Positions 10,859-21,480 of a DNA stretch of 64,000 nt are shown here, piece by piece; the first letter of the stretch is position 1; every line of letters starts with the position of its first letter. The position numbers were made by a program, and so were the translations under genes. Under the pieces are notes generated by a model. That model saw only the letters and a list, made by a program, of their open reading frames with translations. It was not told where the DNA came from and did not search any database. This stretch comes from a virus. Location of the stretch: positions 7,044-71,043 of the IMG/VR virus record IMGVR_UViG_3300045806_000013; one strand, 5' to 3'.

Positions 10859-11440
10859 ATGAGCAATAAATTTACATACCAAGTATTAAGAGATTCACAA
10901 ACAGACTCCGTGATTAAGATCACTGGATTCTTTGATGGTGCGTCTGGTCAGGAAATTAACGTATCCAGAATATCAGCCAATTCACTTTCTGGCGCATTGG
11001 CTACAAACACGTATATGGTGGCGAACACACAAGGTGGAGCGGCGAATACACCGTTGGCATATTACGATCTACAGTTGACTGGATTGAAATATTATGTGAA
11101 TTTCCCGACAACTAACGTTGGTGGAGTCGAAATATTCTGGAGTGGGGCGGGGTCAACTGCTGCTGCACAATATGCAAATTCAGCAACGATATTCCACTTG
11201 AATCTTCAAGGTGAATTTGGGCTGGGTGAGCAAATACCATCTATCTTAAACAATTCCGGGAATGGGGTTGCAGCAAATACAGTTGGAAATGGTGATATTG
11301 GTGTGCAGACCACTGGCGGTGGTGCCAACTCAGCATACACATTAATTGTTGCACTGAGAAAGAATAATGCAATGTATCAACGTGGTCAATTTAATGATCC
11401 TGCCGCGTTTTCATATCGTCCTTATGGGATGACACCATAA
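10859..11440 (+). CDS. Putative structural protein, paralog A
   Basis: Clear similarity to 12074-12607 over its whole length. Confidence 0.6.
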   Translation: MSNKFTYQVLRDSQTDSVIKITGFFDGASGQEINVSRISANSLSGALATNTYMVANTQGGAANTPLAYYDLQLTGLKYYVNFPTTNVGGVEIFWSGAGSTAAAQYANSATIFHLNLQGEFGLGEQIPSILNNSGNGVAANTVGNGDIGVQTTGGGANSAYTLIVALRKNNAMYQRGQFNDPAAFSYRPYGMTP

Positions 11441-11441
11441 T

Positions 11442-12068
11442 ATGGCATACACATATCTTATTGGATGGAGTGAGCATAATAAATGGTACTATGGTGTGAG
11501 ATATGCCAAAAAAAGCAATCCGACTGATCTTTGGAAAAAATACTTCACATCTTCCAAATACGTAAAAGATTTCAGGGCTGAATTTGGGGAACCTGAGGTG
11601 ATCCAAGTGAGAAAAAAATTCTCAAGCGACGAATCTGCTCTAATGTGGGAGTATAAAGTTTTACGTAGAATAAATGCAGTTAAGAGCAATATGTGGCTAA
11701 ATCGCGGAAATGGCGGAAAAGAATTTAAGAATACAAAACCAAATGAAAAATCTTTCATAAAAGGCCAATCAAGTATTGGGGTTCCATTTAAAAAGGGGAT
11801 GATTCCTTGGAATATTGGGTTAAAAGGTGATCTATGTCCTTATAAATTAACTGAAGATAGGAATAATAGAGTATCAAATTCACTCAAGAGAAAATATATC
11901 GTAACACATCCAGATGGACGCACAGAGACTATTCTGGGTATTATTGATTTTTGTAATAGGTCGGGTATATCTGCACCACGTTTATTAAAATACACAAAGA
12001 ACAAAAAAACATATAAAGGATATTCGATAGAACGGATTGATACTAGGCCGTCTGCGTATACTAACTAA
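11442..12068 (+). CDS. GIY-YIG-like homing endonuclease with NUMOD motifs
   Basis: YTY...WYYGVR, YFTSS, MWLN, IPWNIG. Confidence 0.8.
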   Translation: MAYTYLIGWSEHNKWYYGVRYAKKSNPTDLWKKYFTSSKYVKDFRAEFGEPEVIQVRKKFSSDESALMWEYKVLRRINAVKSNMWLNRGNGGKEFKNTKPNEKSFIKGQSSIGVPFKKGMIPWNIGLKGDLCPYKLTEDRNNRVSNSLKRKYIVTHPDGRTETILGIIDFCNRSGISAPRLLKYTKNKKTYKGYSIERIDTRPSAYTN

Positions 12069-12073
12069 ATAAC

Positions 12074-12607
12074 ATGGCAAATCTTTACACTTATCAAGTC
12101 CTAAGAGACACAACCGAAAAGGCTGTAATTAAACTTACTGCAAATTTCGATGGATCAGGGCAAGAATCAAATACAACAAGAATACAAGCTAACACACTTT
12201 TGGGTGCATTGGCTACTAATGGATTTCTTGTTGCTAATACTCAAGGTGGGGCGGCGAATACAACACTGCCATTCTATAATATGACTGTGACGCGAGTTGG
12301 CTACAATATTGCATCTCAGCAAAAAGGATATGTTGAGTTATCTTGGACAAGTGCAAATACATCCAACAGTGTGCCTATCATGAATATGGACCTTTGTGGT
12401 CAATATTCAGAAGAGCAAGGTATGGTATCAATTCAAAACAATGCAGTCGGTGCAACTGGAGATATTGGTGTGCAGTCATTTGGGCTGACAGCAAATTGTG
12501 CATATACATTGTTCATTGAATTAAGAAAAGATAATGCATACTATCAACGTGGGCAATTTAATGATAGTTCTGCGTTCAACTATAAACCATACGGAGTAAC
12601 TCCATGA
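12074..12607 (+). CDS. Putative structural protein, paralog B
   Basis: YTYQVLRD...YQRGQFND..AF.Y.PYG.TP shared with 10859. Confidence 0.6.
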   Translation: MANLYTYQVLRDTTEKAVIKLTANFDGSGQESNTTRIQANTLLGALATNGFLVANTQGGAANTTLPFYNMTVTRVGYNIASQQKGYVELSWTSANTSNSVPIMNMDLCGQYSEEQGMVSIQNNAVGATGDIGVQSFGLTANCAYTLFIELRKDNAYYQRGQFNDSSAFNYKPYGVTP

Positions 12608-13251
12608 AATTAATTAAGGAATTGTTCGAAGAAACAACCAATTATATAACAGAAGGTGCAGACGGTAAGAAGGAACTGTATATCGAAGGTCCAATGCTTG
12701 TCTCGGAAAAGAAGAATAAGAACGGGCGTCTATATGAATACAACACGATGAAGAAAGAAGTTCATCGTTACACAGAAGAGTACATCAATAAGAATAGAGC
12801 ATTCGGTGAACTTGGTCACCCAGAATCACCATCTATCAATCTAGACAGAGTATCACACATGATAGTTAGCCTCAGAGAAGATGGCACTCAGTGGATTGGT
12901 AAGGCAAAAATTTTAGGAACACCAATGGGTGAAATTGCGCGAAATCTTATCGAAGGTGGTGCGCAGTTGGGGGTTTCTTCACGAGGCATGGGTTCGTTGA
13001 AAACCGTCAATGGAGTTAACGTTGTACAACCCGACTTTTATCTTGCAACAGCAGCGGATATTGTAGCAGACCCATCAGCACCAGGAGCCTTTGTACAAGG
13101 TATCATGGAAAACTGTGAGTGGGTTTTTATCGAAGGTATTTGGACCCAACAAAACATTGAAGAATCCAAACAATTAATCACTAGAGCAACGAAAAATGAT
13201 ATAGAAAAGGTAAGCCTTCAAATATTCGAAAATTTCGTGAAAAAACTCTAA
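12604..13251 (+). CDS. gp21: Prohead protease
   Basis: GELGHP, GVSSRGMGS, DIVADPSAPGA. Confidence 0.95.
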   Translation: MKLIKELFEETTNYITEGADGKKELYIEGPMLVSEKKNKNGRLYEYNTMKKEVHRYTEEYINKNRAFGELGHPESPSINLDRVSHMIVSLREDGTQWIGKAKILGTPMGEIARNLIEGGAQLGVSSRGMGSLKTVNGVNVVQPDFYLATAADIVADPSAPGAFVQGIMENCEWVFIEGIWTQQNIEESKQLITRATKNDIEKVSLQIFENFVKKL

Positions 13252-13290
13252 TTATAAATACTCAATACAAAATCAAGGAGATTTTCAAAA

Positions 13291-14496
13291 ATGAAAAGAT
13301 TTAATCTATCCGGCGCAGCAACTGCTATCCTAGAAGGTTCAAAAGAAACATTCGATGCCAATATCGCAGCTAAACGCGGCGGTCGTGGTCAGGGTGGTAA
13401 TAAAGGTGGCGTTGTTGGCGACGATAAACTAAACGCATCTGTTGCATACGGCGAAAAAGAAGCTGGTGTTATCGGTGATTCACCAACAAAAGAAGATGAT
13501 AAGCTTCCTGATTACCTAAAGGGTACTCCATCTGCCACACCTCCAGGCGCTACGCCACCAGTTGGCTCTGAAAAGCGTGGTGTTGGTTACACAACCCCAA
13601 AGAATCAGCCACAAGAAACCCAGGGCCGTGCTGATCTGCGTAAAGCTGCTCAAACCGAACCAACTCATATGGATCAAATCCGCGACCGTGTTGCAGGTAA
13701 GCTACCTAACCAAACATTCGCAAAGAATCCCGGCGCTACTTTCCAATCATATGGTGAAGGTGTTGATATGTCGGAAGACGTGCGCGCATTACTAGAAGGC
13801 GAAAATTTGTCGGAAGAATTCGCACAAAAAGCAACAACTATTTTTGAAGCTGCTGTCATCTCCAGAATCGAAACTATCGCTGAACAAATTGAACAAGAAT
13901 TGGTGGAGCAATTTGAAGCTGCTGTGGAACAAGTCAAGGAAGACTTGGCTAATCGTGTAGATGACTATATGAATTATATGGCAGAACAATGGATGGAAGA
14001 AAATACGTTGGCAGTTGAAACTGGTCTGCGCTCAGAAATTGCAGAAGAATTTATTGATGGCCTGCGTAACCTGTTCGTTGAACACTATATCGACATCCCA
14101 GAAGATAAGGTTGATGTTGTATCTGAAATGGCAGAAAAAGTATCTCAACTAGAAGATCAATTGAATGAACAGATCAATCGTGGCATTGAACTGAAAAAAG
14201 AATTGAACGAACAAAAGAAAATTGAAGCTATCTACACAGCGTGTGAAGGCTTAACACAAACTCAAGTAGAAAAATTGAAGTCACTCGCAGAGGGTGTCGA
14301 ATTTACTACAGAATCTGAGTTTGCGGCGAAGATGTCAACATTGAAGGAATCATACTTCAAGGCTGATGTCAAATTTGCAGACAAGTCTGCATTGGACGAT
14401 GAAGTCCACATTGAAGAAGAAAAGAAGACCACAAAATCTTCCAACGCTTTGATGGAACAATACGCTACCACGATTTCAAAATCTGTGGTTAGATAA
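13291..14496 (+). CDS. gp22: Prohead core scaffold protein
   Basis: LSEEF..KATTIFEAA and LFVEHYIDIPE; late promoter TATAAATA at 13253. Confidence 0.9.
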   Translation: MKRFNLSGAATAILEGSKETFDANIAAKRGGRGQGGNKGGVVGDDKLNASVAYGEKEAGVIGDSPTKEDDKLPDYLKGTPSATPPGATPPVGSEKRGVGYTTPKNQPQETQGRADLRKAAQTEPTHMDQIRDRVAGKLPNQTFAKNPGATFQSYGEGVDMSEDVRALLEGENLSEEFAQKATTIFEAAVISRIETIAEQIEQELVEQFEAAVEQVKEDLANRVDDYMNYMAEQWMEENTLAVETGLRSEIAEEFIDGLRNLFVEHYIDIPEDKVDVVSEMAEKVSQLEDQLNEQINRGIELKKELNEQKKIEAIYTACEGLTQTQVEKLKSLAEGVEFTTESEFAAKMSTLKESYFKADVKFADKSALDDEVHIEEEKKTTKSSNALMEQYATTISKSVVR

Positions 14497-14531
14497 ATAA
14501 AAAATAAGTTTCAAACTAAGGAGTTATCCAC

Positions 14532-15863
14532 ATGTATATGTCAGAAGAATTACAACAAAAATGGGCACCAGTTCTTGAGCATGAAGACCTAGTAGCTATT
14601 AAAGACCCATACAAGAAAGCAGTTACTGCACTTGTATTGGAAAATCAACATCAAGCAATGACCAAAGATCGTCAAGCACTGATGGAAACTACTGACGGTG
14701 GTCCAACCAACGTTACCGGTGGTGGCATCAGCAACTTTGATCCAATCTTGATTAGCTTGGTTCGTCGTTCACTTCCTAACCTGATTGCATATGACGTTGC
14801 TGGTGTTCAGCCAATGACCGGTCCTACAGGCTTGATCTTCGCTATGAGAGCAAGATATGCTGGTCAAGGTGGTTCAGAAGCTTTCTATAACGAAGCAAAC
14901 ACAATGTTCTCTGGTGTTGGTTCATCTGCTAACCCTTACGGTTTCACAGGTACAACTGCAACAGATACAAGCGTAAACACACAAGTTAATGCTTCTGGTT
15001 CTTCCAATACCACAACTGGTATTGCAATGCCAACAAGCGTAGCTGAATTCTTGGGTTCTGATGCTAATGCTGCATTCCAACAAATGGCTTTCTCTATCGA
15101 AAAAGTTACTGTTACTGCACAAAGCCGTGCATTGAAGGCTGAATATTCTCTGGAATTGGCTCAAGACTTGAAGGCTATCCATGGTCTGGATGCTGAAACA
15201 GAATTGTCCAACATTCTGGCTACGGAAATTCTGGCTGAAATTAACCGCGAAGTTATTCGTACCATTTACAACACCGCTAAAATCGGTGCACAGTACGGTA
15301 CTACTACTGCTGGTTACTTTGACTTGGATACTGACTCCAATGGTCGTTGGTCTGTTGAACGTTTCAAGGGTCTGATTTTCCAGATCGAACGTGATGCTAA
15401 CGTTATTGCAAAGCAAACCCGTAGAGGTAAGGGTAACGTTCTGATCGTTTCTTCAGACGTTGCTTCCGCTATGGCTATGGCTGGTGTGTTGTCATACACT
15501 CCTGCTCTGCAAGCTGACCTGCAAGTTGATGATACTGGTAACACCTTTGCTGGTATGTTGCACGGTCGTATCAAGGTGTATATCGATCCATATTATGGTG
15601 GTTACACTTCCAACCAAGAATTGGTGACTGTTGGTTATAAGGGGTCTTCTCCTTATGATGCTGGTCTGTTCTACTGCCCATACGTTCCATTGCAAATGGT
15701 TCGTGCCGTGGATCAGTTCACATTCCAACCGAAGATCGGTTTCAAGACGAGATATGGTATGGTTGCAAACCCATTTGCTGAAGGTCTGACCCAAGGTAAT
15801 GGTCGTTTGGATAGTCAAAGTAATCTTTACTACCGTTTGTTTGCCGTAAAAAATTTAATGTGA
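14532..15863 (+). CDS. gp23: Major capsid protein
   Basis: GVQPMTGPTG, KAEYSLELAQDLKAIHGLDAE, FQPKIGFKTRYG. Confidence 0.98.
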   Translation: MYMSEELQQKWAPVLEHEDLVAIKDPYKKAVTALVLENQHQAMTKDRQALMETTDGGPTNVTGGGISNFDPILISLVRRSLPNLIAYDVAGVQPMTGPTGLIFAMRARYAGQGGSEAFYNEANTMFSGVGSSANPYGFTGTTATDTSVNTQVNASGSSNTTTGIAMPTSVAEFLGSDANAAFQQMAFSIEKVTVTAQSRALKAEYSLELAQDLKAIHGLDAETELSNILATEILAEINREVIRTIYNTAKIGAQYGTTTAGYFDLDTDSNGRWSVERFKGLIFQIERDANVIAKQTRRGKGNVLIVSSDVASAMAMAGVLSYTPALQADLQVDDTGNTFAGMLHGRIKVYIDPYYGGYTSNQELVTVGYKGSSPYDAGLFYCPYVPLQMVRAVDQFTFQPKIGFKTRYGMVANPFAEGLTQGNGRLDSQSNLYYRLFAVKNLM

Positions 15864-15905
15864 GTCAAGTTATTCAAACAAAAACACCAAAAAGAGTGTT
15901 GTTTA

Positions 15906-15937
15906 AAGGGGAAATCGAAAGGTTTCCCCTTTTTTTG
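15906..15937 (+). terminator. Rho-independent terminator after gp23
   Basis: aaggggaaatc-gaaa-ggtttcccctt followed by a T-run. Confidence 0.85.
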
Positions 15938-16014
15938 TCAATCGGAATTGCATTTAATCATTGACAGAAATCGGTTTAAGTGTTAATATAAATACATTAA
16001 CAATAGTACACATT

Positions 16015-17523
16015 ATGAAACAAAAAAAGACTGCACATAACGCCAAAGTAATTCCAGACAAGGAAATTCTAATAGACTTATATTTCACTGCACATAAATC
16101 AGTTCAAGAGATTGGTATAATTTATGAAACTTCACATACAACAGTACGCAAATGGTTTGTTCTATACGACATCAAACTCCCAAATATGCGAGGAACTGGA
16201 AACAAGAAGCGTTCACCACAATTATCTAAAATTGAAATTCAGGATGCAATAATAAAATTTGATAACGACAAACCAAAAATGGCTGCACACTTTGGATTAG
16301 GAGTGTGGGCACTGCGAGAACAATTGAAACGAAATGGCATCAACATTGACAAGAGAATTGAAGAATGTAAGAGCAGAACCATTGAGGCACCATCCAAAGA
16401 AATCCTAGTTGACCTTTATTTCAATCAAAACAAGAATATGACTGAGGTTGGTAAGATGTTCAATGCATCAAATGTCACAGTAAAAAAGTGGTTTGTTGAT
16501 TGTGGCATTGAGTTGCCAATACACTCAGATATTATAAAAAAGAAAGCTATTCCAAAGAGTGAGGCAACATGTCTCGAAAAATATGGGAACAAACACTATT
16601 ATGCATCTGTTGAGGGGAGAGAAAAAGTTACAGCAACCTTTATGGAGAAATATGGCGTCCCATTTCATCCTATTGGGAATTCATCCAAGGCTGAATTAGA
16701 AGTGTTGGAATTTTTTAATACACTGCAACCTGGGTATGAAAAAACACACATAAACAAAATTGAACTTGATGGTATGAACAAAGATACCAACATTGCATTT
16801 GAATACTGTGGACTATTCTGGCATAAAGAATCTATCAAGGGAAAAGACCTACATGAAAAAAAGTATAAAATATGCAAAAACGATGGAATTCGATTGTTTA
16901 CGATTTTTGAAGATGAATGGCTTCAACGCAAAGAACAGGTAAAAGGATTCATCCGGGCATCCTTGAATTGTAATGAAAATAAGATTTTTGCGCGTAATAC
17001 AAAATGTGTAGTGCTTTCCCGTTCTGATACAGATGCGTTCAACTTCATGGAAAAGTATCACATTCAAGGATCGGCAAGCAAAAACACAATATTAGAATTT
17101 CACGTACTAATGCACAATGACGAAATTGTATCATTGATGTCCATAGGAAAACACCATAGAAATACAAACGAAATTGTCATTTCCAGATGCTGCACAAAGG
17201 AAAATTTGACAATAATAGGCGGCTCTGCAAAACTTTTTTCGTCAATTAAATCAAAACACATAGGAATCACATTGAAAACATGGTCTGATAATAGATGGAC
17301 AGAAGGATATCTTTATGGGCGTCTAGGATTCACACTTGAAAGAGAACAGGCAAAGGATTATTCTTATGTGTCGAATTCGATTGATGGTAGGCGTTCAAAG
17401 CAATCCATGCAAAAGAAAAACATAAATGCAGCACCAGATCAAACTGAATATGATCGAGCAGTTGAACTTGGGTATGATAGGATATGGGATTGTGGCAAGA
17501 AAACATGGACAATCAAATTATGA
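16015..17523 (+). CDS. Hef-like homing endonuclease
   Basis: HTH repeats, LEKYG repeats, ELD...FEYCGLFWH, IFEDEW, IWDCG C-terminus. Confidence 0.8.
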   Translation: MKQKKTAHNAKVIPDKEILIDLYFTAHKSVQEIGIIYETSHTTVRKWFVLYDIKLPNMRGTGNKKRSPQLSKIEIQDAIIKFDNDKPKMAAHFGLGVWALREQLKRNGINIDKRIEECKSRTIEAPSKEILVDLYFNQNKNMTEVGKMFNASNVTVKKWFVDCGIELPIHSDIIKKKAIPKSEATCLEKYGNKHYYASVEGREKVTATFMEKYGVPFHPIGNSSKAELEVLEFFNTLQPGYEKTHINKIELDGMNKDTNIAFEYCGLFWHKESIKGKDLHEKKYKICKNDGIRLFTIFEDEWLQRKEQVKGFIRASLNCNENKIFARNTKCVVLSRSDTDAFNFMEKYHIQGSASKNTILEFHVLMHNDEIVSLMSIGKHHRNTNEIVISRCCTKENLTIIGGSAKLFSSIKSKHIGITLKTWSDNRWTEGYLYGRLGFTLEREQAKDYSYVSNSIDGRRSKQSMQKKNINAAPDQTEYDRAVELGYDRIWDCGKKTWTIKL

Positions 17524-17561
17524 TTGCATATAAATACAGGTATCTTAATTAAGGAGTTTTT

Positions 17562-17870
17562 ATGTCCACAGTAGTAATCACAGTTGCATCACAGCAACAA
17601 CAATTTCCAGCAGGAACTGTATCCGCTGGTATCAAGGTAACTTTGGCTGATGTTGGTAGCGTAGTTCTGACTGCAGCACCATATGTTGCCACCTTCGAAA
17701 ATGTCCCAGTTGGCACACATCCTATCACCGCAGAGGCAATCGACGCTGCTGGGGTTGTTTTGGGGTCTTCTATCGTTGGTTCTGTGACCATCGAAGCACC
17801 GGTAGTACCTACAGCACCGGTTGAAGTGACTATTGACGTTCCAGCTTCATTGTCTGTAACAGTTCAGTAA
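17562..17870 (+). CDS. Small beta-rich (Ig-like) late protein
   Basis: TATAAATA at 17529, AAGGAG RBS, Val/Thr-rich beta pattern. Confidence 0.55.
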   Translation: MSTVVITVASQQQQFPAGTVSAGIKVTLADVGSVVLTAAPYVATFENVPVGTHPITAEAIDAAGVVLGSSIVGSVTIEAPVVPTAPVEVTIDVPASLSVTVQ

Positions 17871-17873
17871 AAA

Positions 17874-17960
17874 ATGTGGAAATGGGTAATGATGCTTCTG
17901 CGGATATTCCAAAAGAAGAATGTGAGAATAGATATACCCATTAGCATCACAACAACTTAA
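17874..17960 (+). CDS. Putative 28-aa micro-protein
   Basis: MWKWVMMLLRIFQKKNVRIDIPISITTT fills the gap between the 17870 stop and the terminator. Confidence 0.35.
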   Translation: MWKWVMMLLRIFQKKNVRIDIPISITTT

Positions 17961-17983
17961 AGCACCTTCGGGTGCTTTTTTTA
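17960..17983 (+). terminator. Terminator with a UUCG loop
   Basis: aaagcacc-ttcg-ggtgcttt followed by a T-run. Confidence 0.85.
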
Positions 17984-17999
17984 TGACCTAAATACTGAC

Positions 18000-18527
18000 A
18001 TGAATGCATTAACAAGAACACCATTAAATACAAACAACCTACAGGCATCGAAATACCTTTTGATGTTTGATAGGATTCCCACCATTCAATATTTCTGCCA
18101 AACAGCAAATATTCCTGGAGTATCAGTGGGCACGTCAACTGTAAGTGCACCCACATTAGATTTTAAAGTTGCTGGGAATAAGCTGACATATGAGCAATTT
18201 GAAATAGAATTTATAGTAGACGAAAGCATACAATCATGGCACGAACTGTACAAATGGTTATTGGCATTCGGCTCACCAAAAAGTCTACACTCAAGAGCCA
18301 ATGAAACATCACTGCAGACTGGTGCATTATCATACATAGGAAACTATTCTGAGGCAACACTGACCGTAATGTCCGCACTAAATAATCCATTGTATAGAAT
18401 AAATTACCACAAAATATTCCCAGTATCAGTATCTGGTATCCAATTCGACACTAAAGAATCTGCAGATACAATTATAACGGCAACTGCAACATTTGCATAT
18501 GAGTATTTTGAAATAACTACAGCGTAA
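18000..18527 (+). CDS. gp3: Tail completion/tube terminator protein
   Basis: YFCQTANIPG, FIVDE, FPVSVSGIQF; precedes uvsY. Confidence 0.8.
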   Translation: MNALTRTPLNTNNLQASKYLLMFDRIPTIQYFCQTANIPGVSVGTSTVSAPTLDFKVAGNKLTYEQFEIEFIVDESIQSWHELYKWLLAFGSPKSLHSRANETSLQTGALSYIGNYSEATLTVMSALNNPLYRINYHKIFPVSVSGIQFDTKESADTIITATATFAYEYFEITTA

Positions 18528-18542
18528 ACAAATCATTATATT

Positions 18543-18977
18543 ATGAAAAATCTTGAAGAAATCCTCGATGAATGGGACAAAGACGCCCCATACGACATAA
18601 CCTCACTCACAGAAGCCGCTTCCACTGTGGACAATTTACACAGAAAATACATTCGGTACCTATGTGAGCATAGGGCAATTGAGTTAAAATGTACATACAA
18701 GCTAGAAAGACTGGAAAAGGTGAAACTTGAATATTATTCAGGTAGGATGTCACAGGAAGAATTGAATCAACGCGGATGGGTGCAGTTCCAACTCAGACTC
18801 AAATCTGATATTCCTAGGTACATACAATCAGATGATGAAATAATATCAATACGAGAAAAGATCGACTACCATAGAACTGTGATCGGGGCAACTGAAAGTA
18901 TATTGAAGCAAATTAGCTATAGAAATCAAGGTATCAAAAATACTATTGATTGGGAAAGGTATACCAGTGGTGGATAG
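18543..18977 (+). CDS. uvsY: Recombination mediator UvsY
   Basis: WDKD...LHRKY, EYYSG, IKNTIDW. Confidence 0.85.
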   Translation: MKNLEEILDEWDKDAPYDITSLTEAASTVDNLHRKYIRYLCEHRAIELKCTYKLERLEKVKLEYYSGRMSQEELNQRGWVQFQLRLKSDIPRYIQSDDEIISIREKIDYHRTVIGATESILKQISYRNQGIKNTIDWERYTSGG

Positions 18978-20472
18978 TGAAAAAATAATCATTTCTAAAG
19001 TAAATGATGTTTATATAAGCATTGACTGTGAACGCAACATAGCAAAAGAATTGCATGAGCACTTTTCGTTCTACGTCCCTGGGTTTCAATTCACGCCTAA
19101 ATTTAAAAATAAATTATGGGATGGTAAGATAAAACTATTCAGCCTAAAAAATAACTACTTGTATTATGGTCTTCTGCGACACGTTAAAGAATTCGCAGAA
19201 TCTAGGGAATATGAGATAGTTTTCTCGGATGGAATAGATTATGAGGATGATTTCTCTGTATACCACGCCAAGAAATTCTTTGATAGTCTCAATCTGCAAT
19301 CGAATGGTGTTGTTATAACGCCAAATGATCACCAACTTGACGCATTTGTGCACTCAATGCAATCGCGTAGATCACTATTACTATCACCAACAGCATCCGG
19401 AAAATCTCTAATAATTTATCTTCTCTTTAGACAATTTTTAGATTTCCAAGGACTAAAAGGTTTGATTATTGTACCATCAACAGGATTGGTTGAACAGCTA
19501 TTCTCAGACTTTGAGGATTATTCAAGTAACAATGATTTTAATGTTGATTCCAATGTACATAGAATATACCAAGGTATGGAGAAGAACAGCACTAAACAAC
19601 TATACATATCAACATGGCAATCATTATATAGAATGCCTAGTGATTATTTTGAACAGTTTGACTATGTTATAGGGGACGAGGCGCATTTATTTAAAGCGGA
19701 TTCATTGACAACGATCTTAACGTCTTGTACAAATACAAAATATAGAATAGGATTAACTGGCACATTAAGTGGAATGAAGACTCACCAATTGGTGTTGGAG
19801 GGCTTGTTTGGAGTTGTAAAGCAAGTAACAACGACAAAGGATTTGATGGATGCTGGAATAGTATCAGATTTTGAAATAAAGTGCCTGATACTTCGGCATC
19901 CAGATGAATCATGTAAGTGCATAAAAGGTAAGGAATATTCTGAGGAAATGGAGTATCTGATACTCAATGAATCACGAAATAAATTTATTAGAAATTTAGC
20001 AATCAGCCTCGAAAAGAATACTCTTATATTATTCCAAATGGTTGACAAACATGGTAAAATCCTGTATAATCTTATAAAGGGAGCCGAGAAAATTGGCAAC
20101 CGAAAAGTGTTCTTTGTTCATGGTAAGATAGACACCGAAGATAGAGAATCTATACGTAGAATTATGGAGACGGAGACCGATGCAATAGTGATCGCGTCTT
20201 ATGGTACGTTTAGTACCGGAACCAATATTAAGAATCTACATAACGTCATTTTCGCAAGCCCAAGCAAGTCAAAGGTGCGAGTTCTGCAGAGTATTGGTAG
20301 AACATTAAGACTGTTCAGTGGTAAGACAAAGGCGACCCTTTTTGACATTGCAGACGACCTACGAGTTGGGGATAAGATGAACCATACATTGAAGCATTTC
20401 GTCCAACGGGCTAAAATTTACACAGAAGAAAAGTTCTCATTCAAAACATATAAAATTGGACTTAAGAAATGA
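18970..20472 (+). CDS. uvsW: SF2 helicase UvsW
   Basis: PTASGKS, DEAH, GLTGT, QSIGR; start codon approximate. Confidence 0.95.
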   Translation: MDSEKIIISKVNDVYISIDCERNIAKELHEHFSFYVPGFQFTPKFKNKLWDGKIKLFSLKNNYLYYGLLRHVKEFAESREYEIVFSDGIDYEDDFSVYHAKKFFDSLNLQSNGVVITPNDHQLDAFVHSMQSRRSLLLSPTASGKSLIIYLLFRQFLDFQGLKGLIIVPSTGLVEQLFSDFEDYSSNNDFNVDSNVHRIYQGMEKNSTKQLYISTWQSLYRMPSDYFEQFDYVIGDEAHLFKADSLTTILTSCTNTKYRIGLTGTLSGMKTHQLVLEGLFGVVKQVTTTKDLMDAGIVSDFEIKCLILRHPDESCKCIKGKEYSEEMEYLILNESRNKFIRNLAISLEKNTLILFQMVDKHGKILYNLIKGAEKIGNRKVFFVHGKIDTEDRESIRRIMETETDAIVIASYGTFSTGTNIKNLHNVIFASPSKSKVRVLQSIGRTLRLFSGKTKATLFDIADDLRVGDKMNHTLKHFVQRAKIYTEEKFSFKTYKIGLKK

Positions 20473-20846
20473 ACCCAGTAAAAATAATAAGACTGACTGA
20501 TGGTACTGACATAGTTGCGACAGTATCTACTGAGGGCGAATCACATACACTGTTTTCTCCAATGATGTATGGATTTGATTCTCGTAGTGGGGAAGATAAT
20601 TTAGTCATGCAGCATTTCTTACCAGTGAGACTTATAGAACGTAATGAAGTGACAATTCCGTCCGATGATGTATTCTTCATGATAGACCCTGACGATGAAT
20701 TTACTGAATTCTACCTAGGTACAGTGGAGAAGATTGAAGAACTATATGCCCTTCGGGATTCGATTGCATCGAATACGGATACATTGAAGCAAGTAATCAT
20801 GGATTCATTCGATTCCTTGGATATAGGTGATCTACCCATGCAATAA
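20469..20846 (+). CDS. Conserved T4-like hypothetical protein (Sm-like fold)
   Basis: IIRLTDGTDIV N-terminus; usual position between uvsW and gp55. Confidence 0.55.
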   Translation: MNPVKIIRLTDGTDIVATVSTEGESHTLFSPMMYGFDSRSGEDNLVMQHFLPVRLIERNEVTIPSDDVFFMIDPDDEFTEFYLGTVEKIEELYALRDSIASNTDTLKQVIMDSFDSLDIGDLPMQ

Positions 20847-20943
20847 ACCAATACAGTAATTAATACAATATAGTTATAATCAAGCGTCAACACCGGAAGT
20901 GTACCACTTGTCAAGTGAAAAGTCAATAGGAAAGTAGGAAAAC

Positions 20944-21477
20944 ATGAACAAAAGAGTGAAAAATTACATAAACAATGCCGATTTCTTGGCTGCATTGCTC
21001 GATTACAAGGAAAAAAAGAAGGTGAATTCTGACACTCCCATACCAAACTACATAGGGGAATGCTTCATGAAGATCGCAGATGGGTTGTCACACAAACCAA
21101 ATTTCATCAATTATCCTTGTAAGGAAGACATGATTGGTGATGGAATTGAGAACTGCTTGATGTATTTCCACAACTTCAACCCAGACAAATCAAATAATCC
21201 ATTTGCATATTTCACACAGATCGTGTATTATGCGTTTCTCCGTAGGATTCAGAAGGAAAAGAAGCAACTCTTTGCTAAGTACAAAGCTACGGAACAGATG
21301 GGTATCTTGGATGAATCTGAATTTTTGGACTTAGAAGGTGGCGGGTCTAGACAGTTCGAAATGTATGACAATATTGCGGAGTTCATCGAAACTTACGAAA
21401 TCGCACAGCAGAAACGTAAGGATGAAAAAAAGTCTAAGGTGAAGCTCAAGGGGATTGAAAACTTTTTTGAAGAGTAA
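20944..21477 (+). CDS. gp55: Late transcription sigma factor
   Basis: YINNADF, NYIGECF, NPFAYFTQ..AFLRRI. Confidence 0.95.
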   Translation: MNKRVKNYINNADFLAALLDYKEKKKVNSDTPIPNYIGECFMKIADGLSHKPNFINYPCKEDMIGDGIENCLMYFHNFNPDKSNNPFAYFTQIVYYAFLRRIQKEKKQLFAKYKATEQMGILDESEFLDLEGGGSRQFEMYDNIAEFIETYEIAQQKRKDEKKSKVKLKGIENFFEE

Positions 21478-21480
21478 ATT

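Noticed and set aside
20880-20930. Three GTCAA motifs upstream of gp55 as antisense promoters or operator sites
   Set aside because: No convincing -10 element at the right spacing; too short to support
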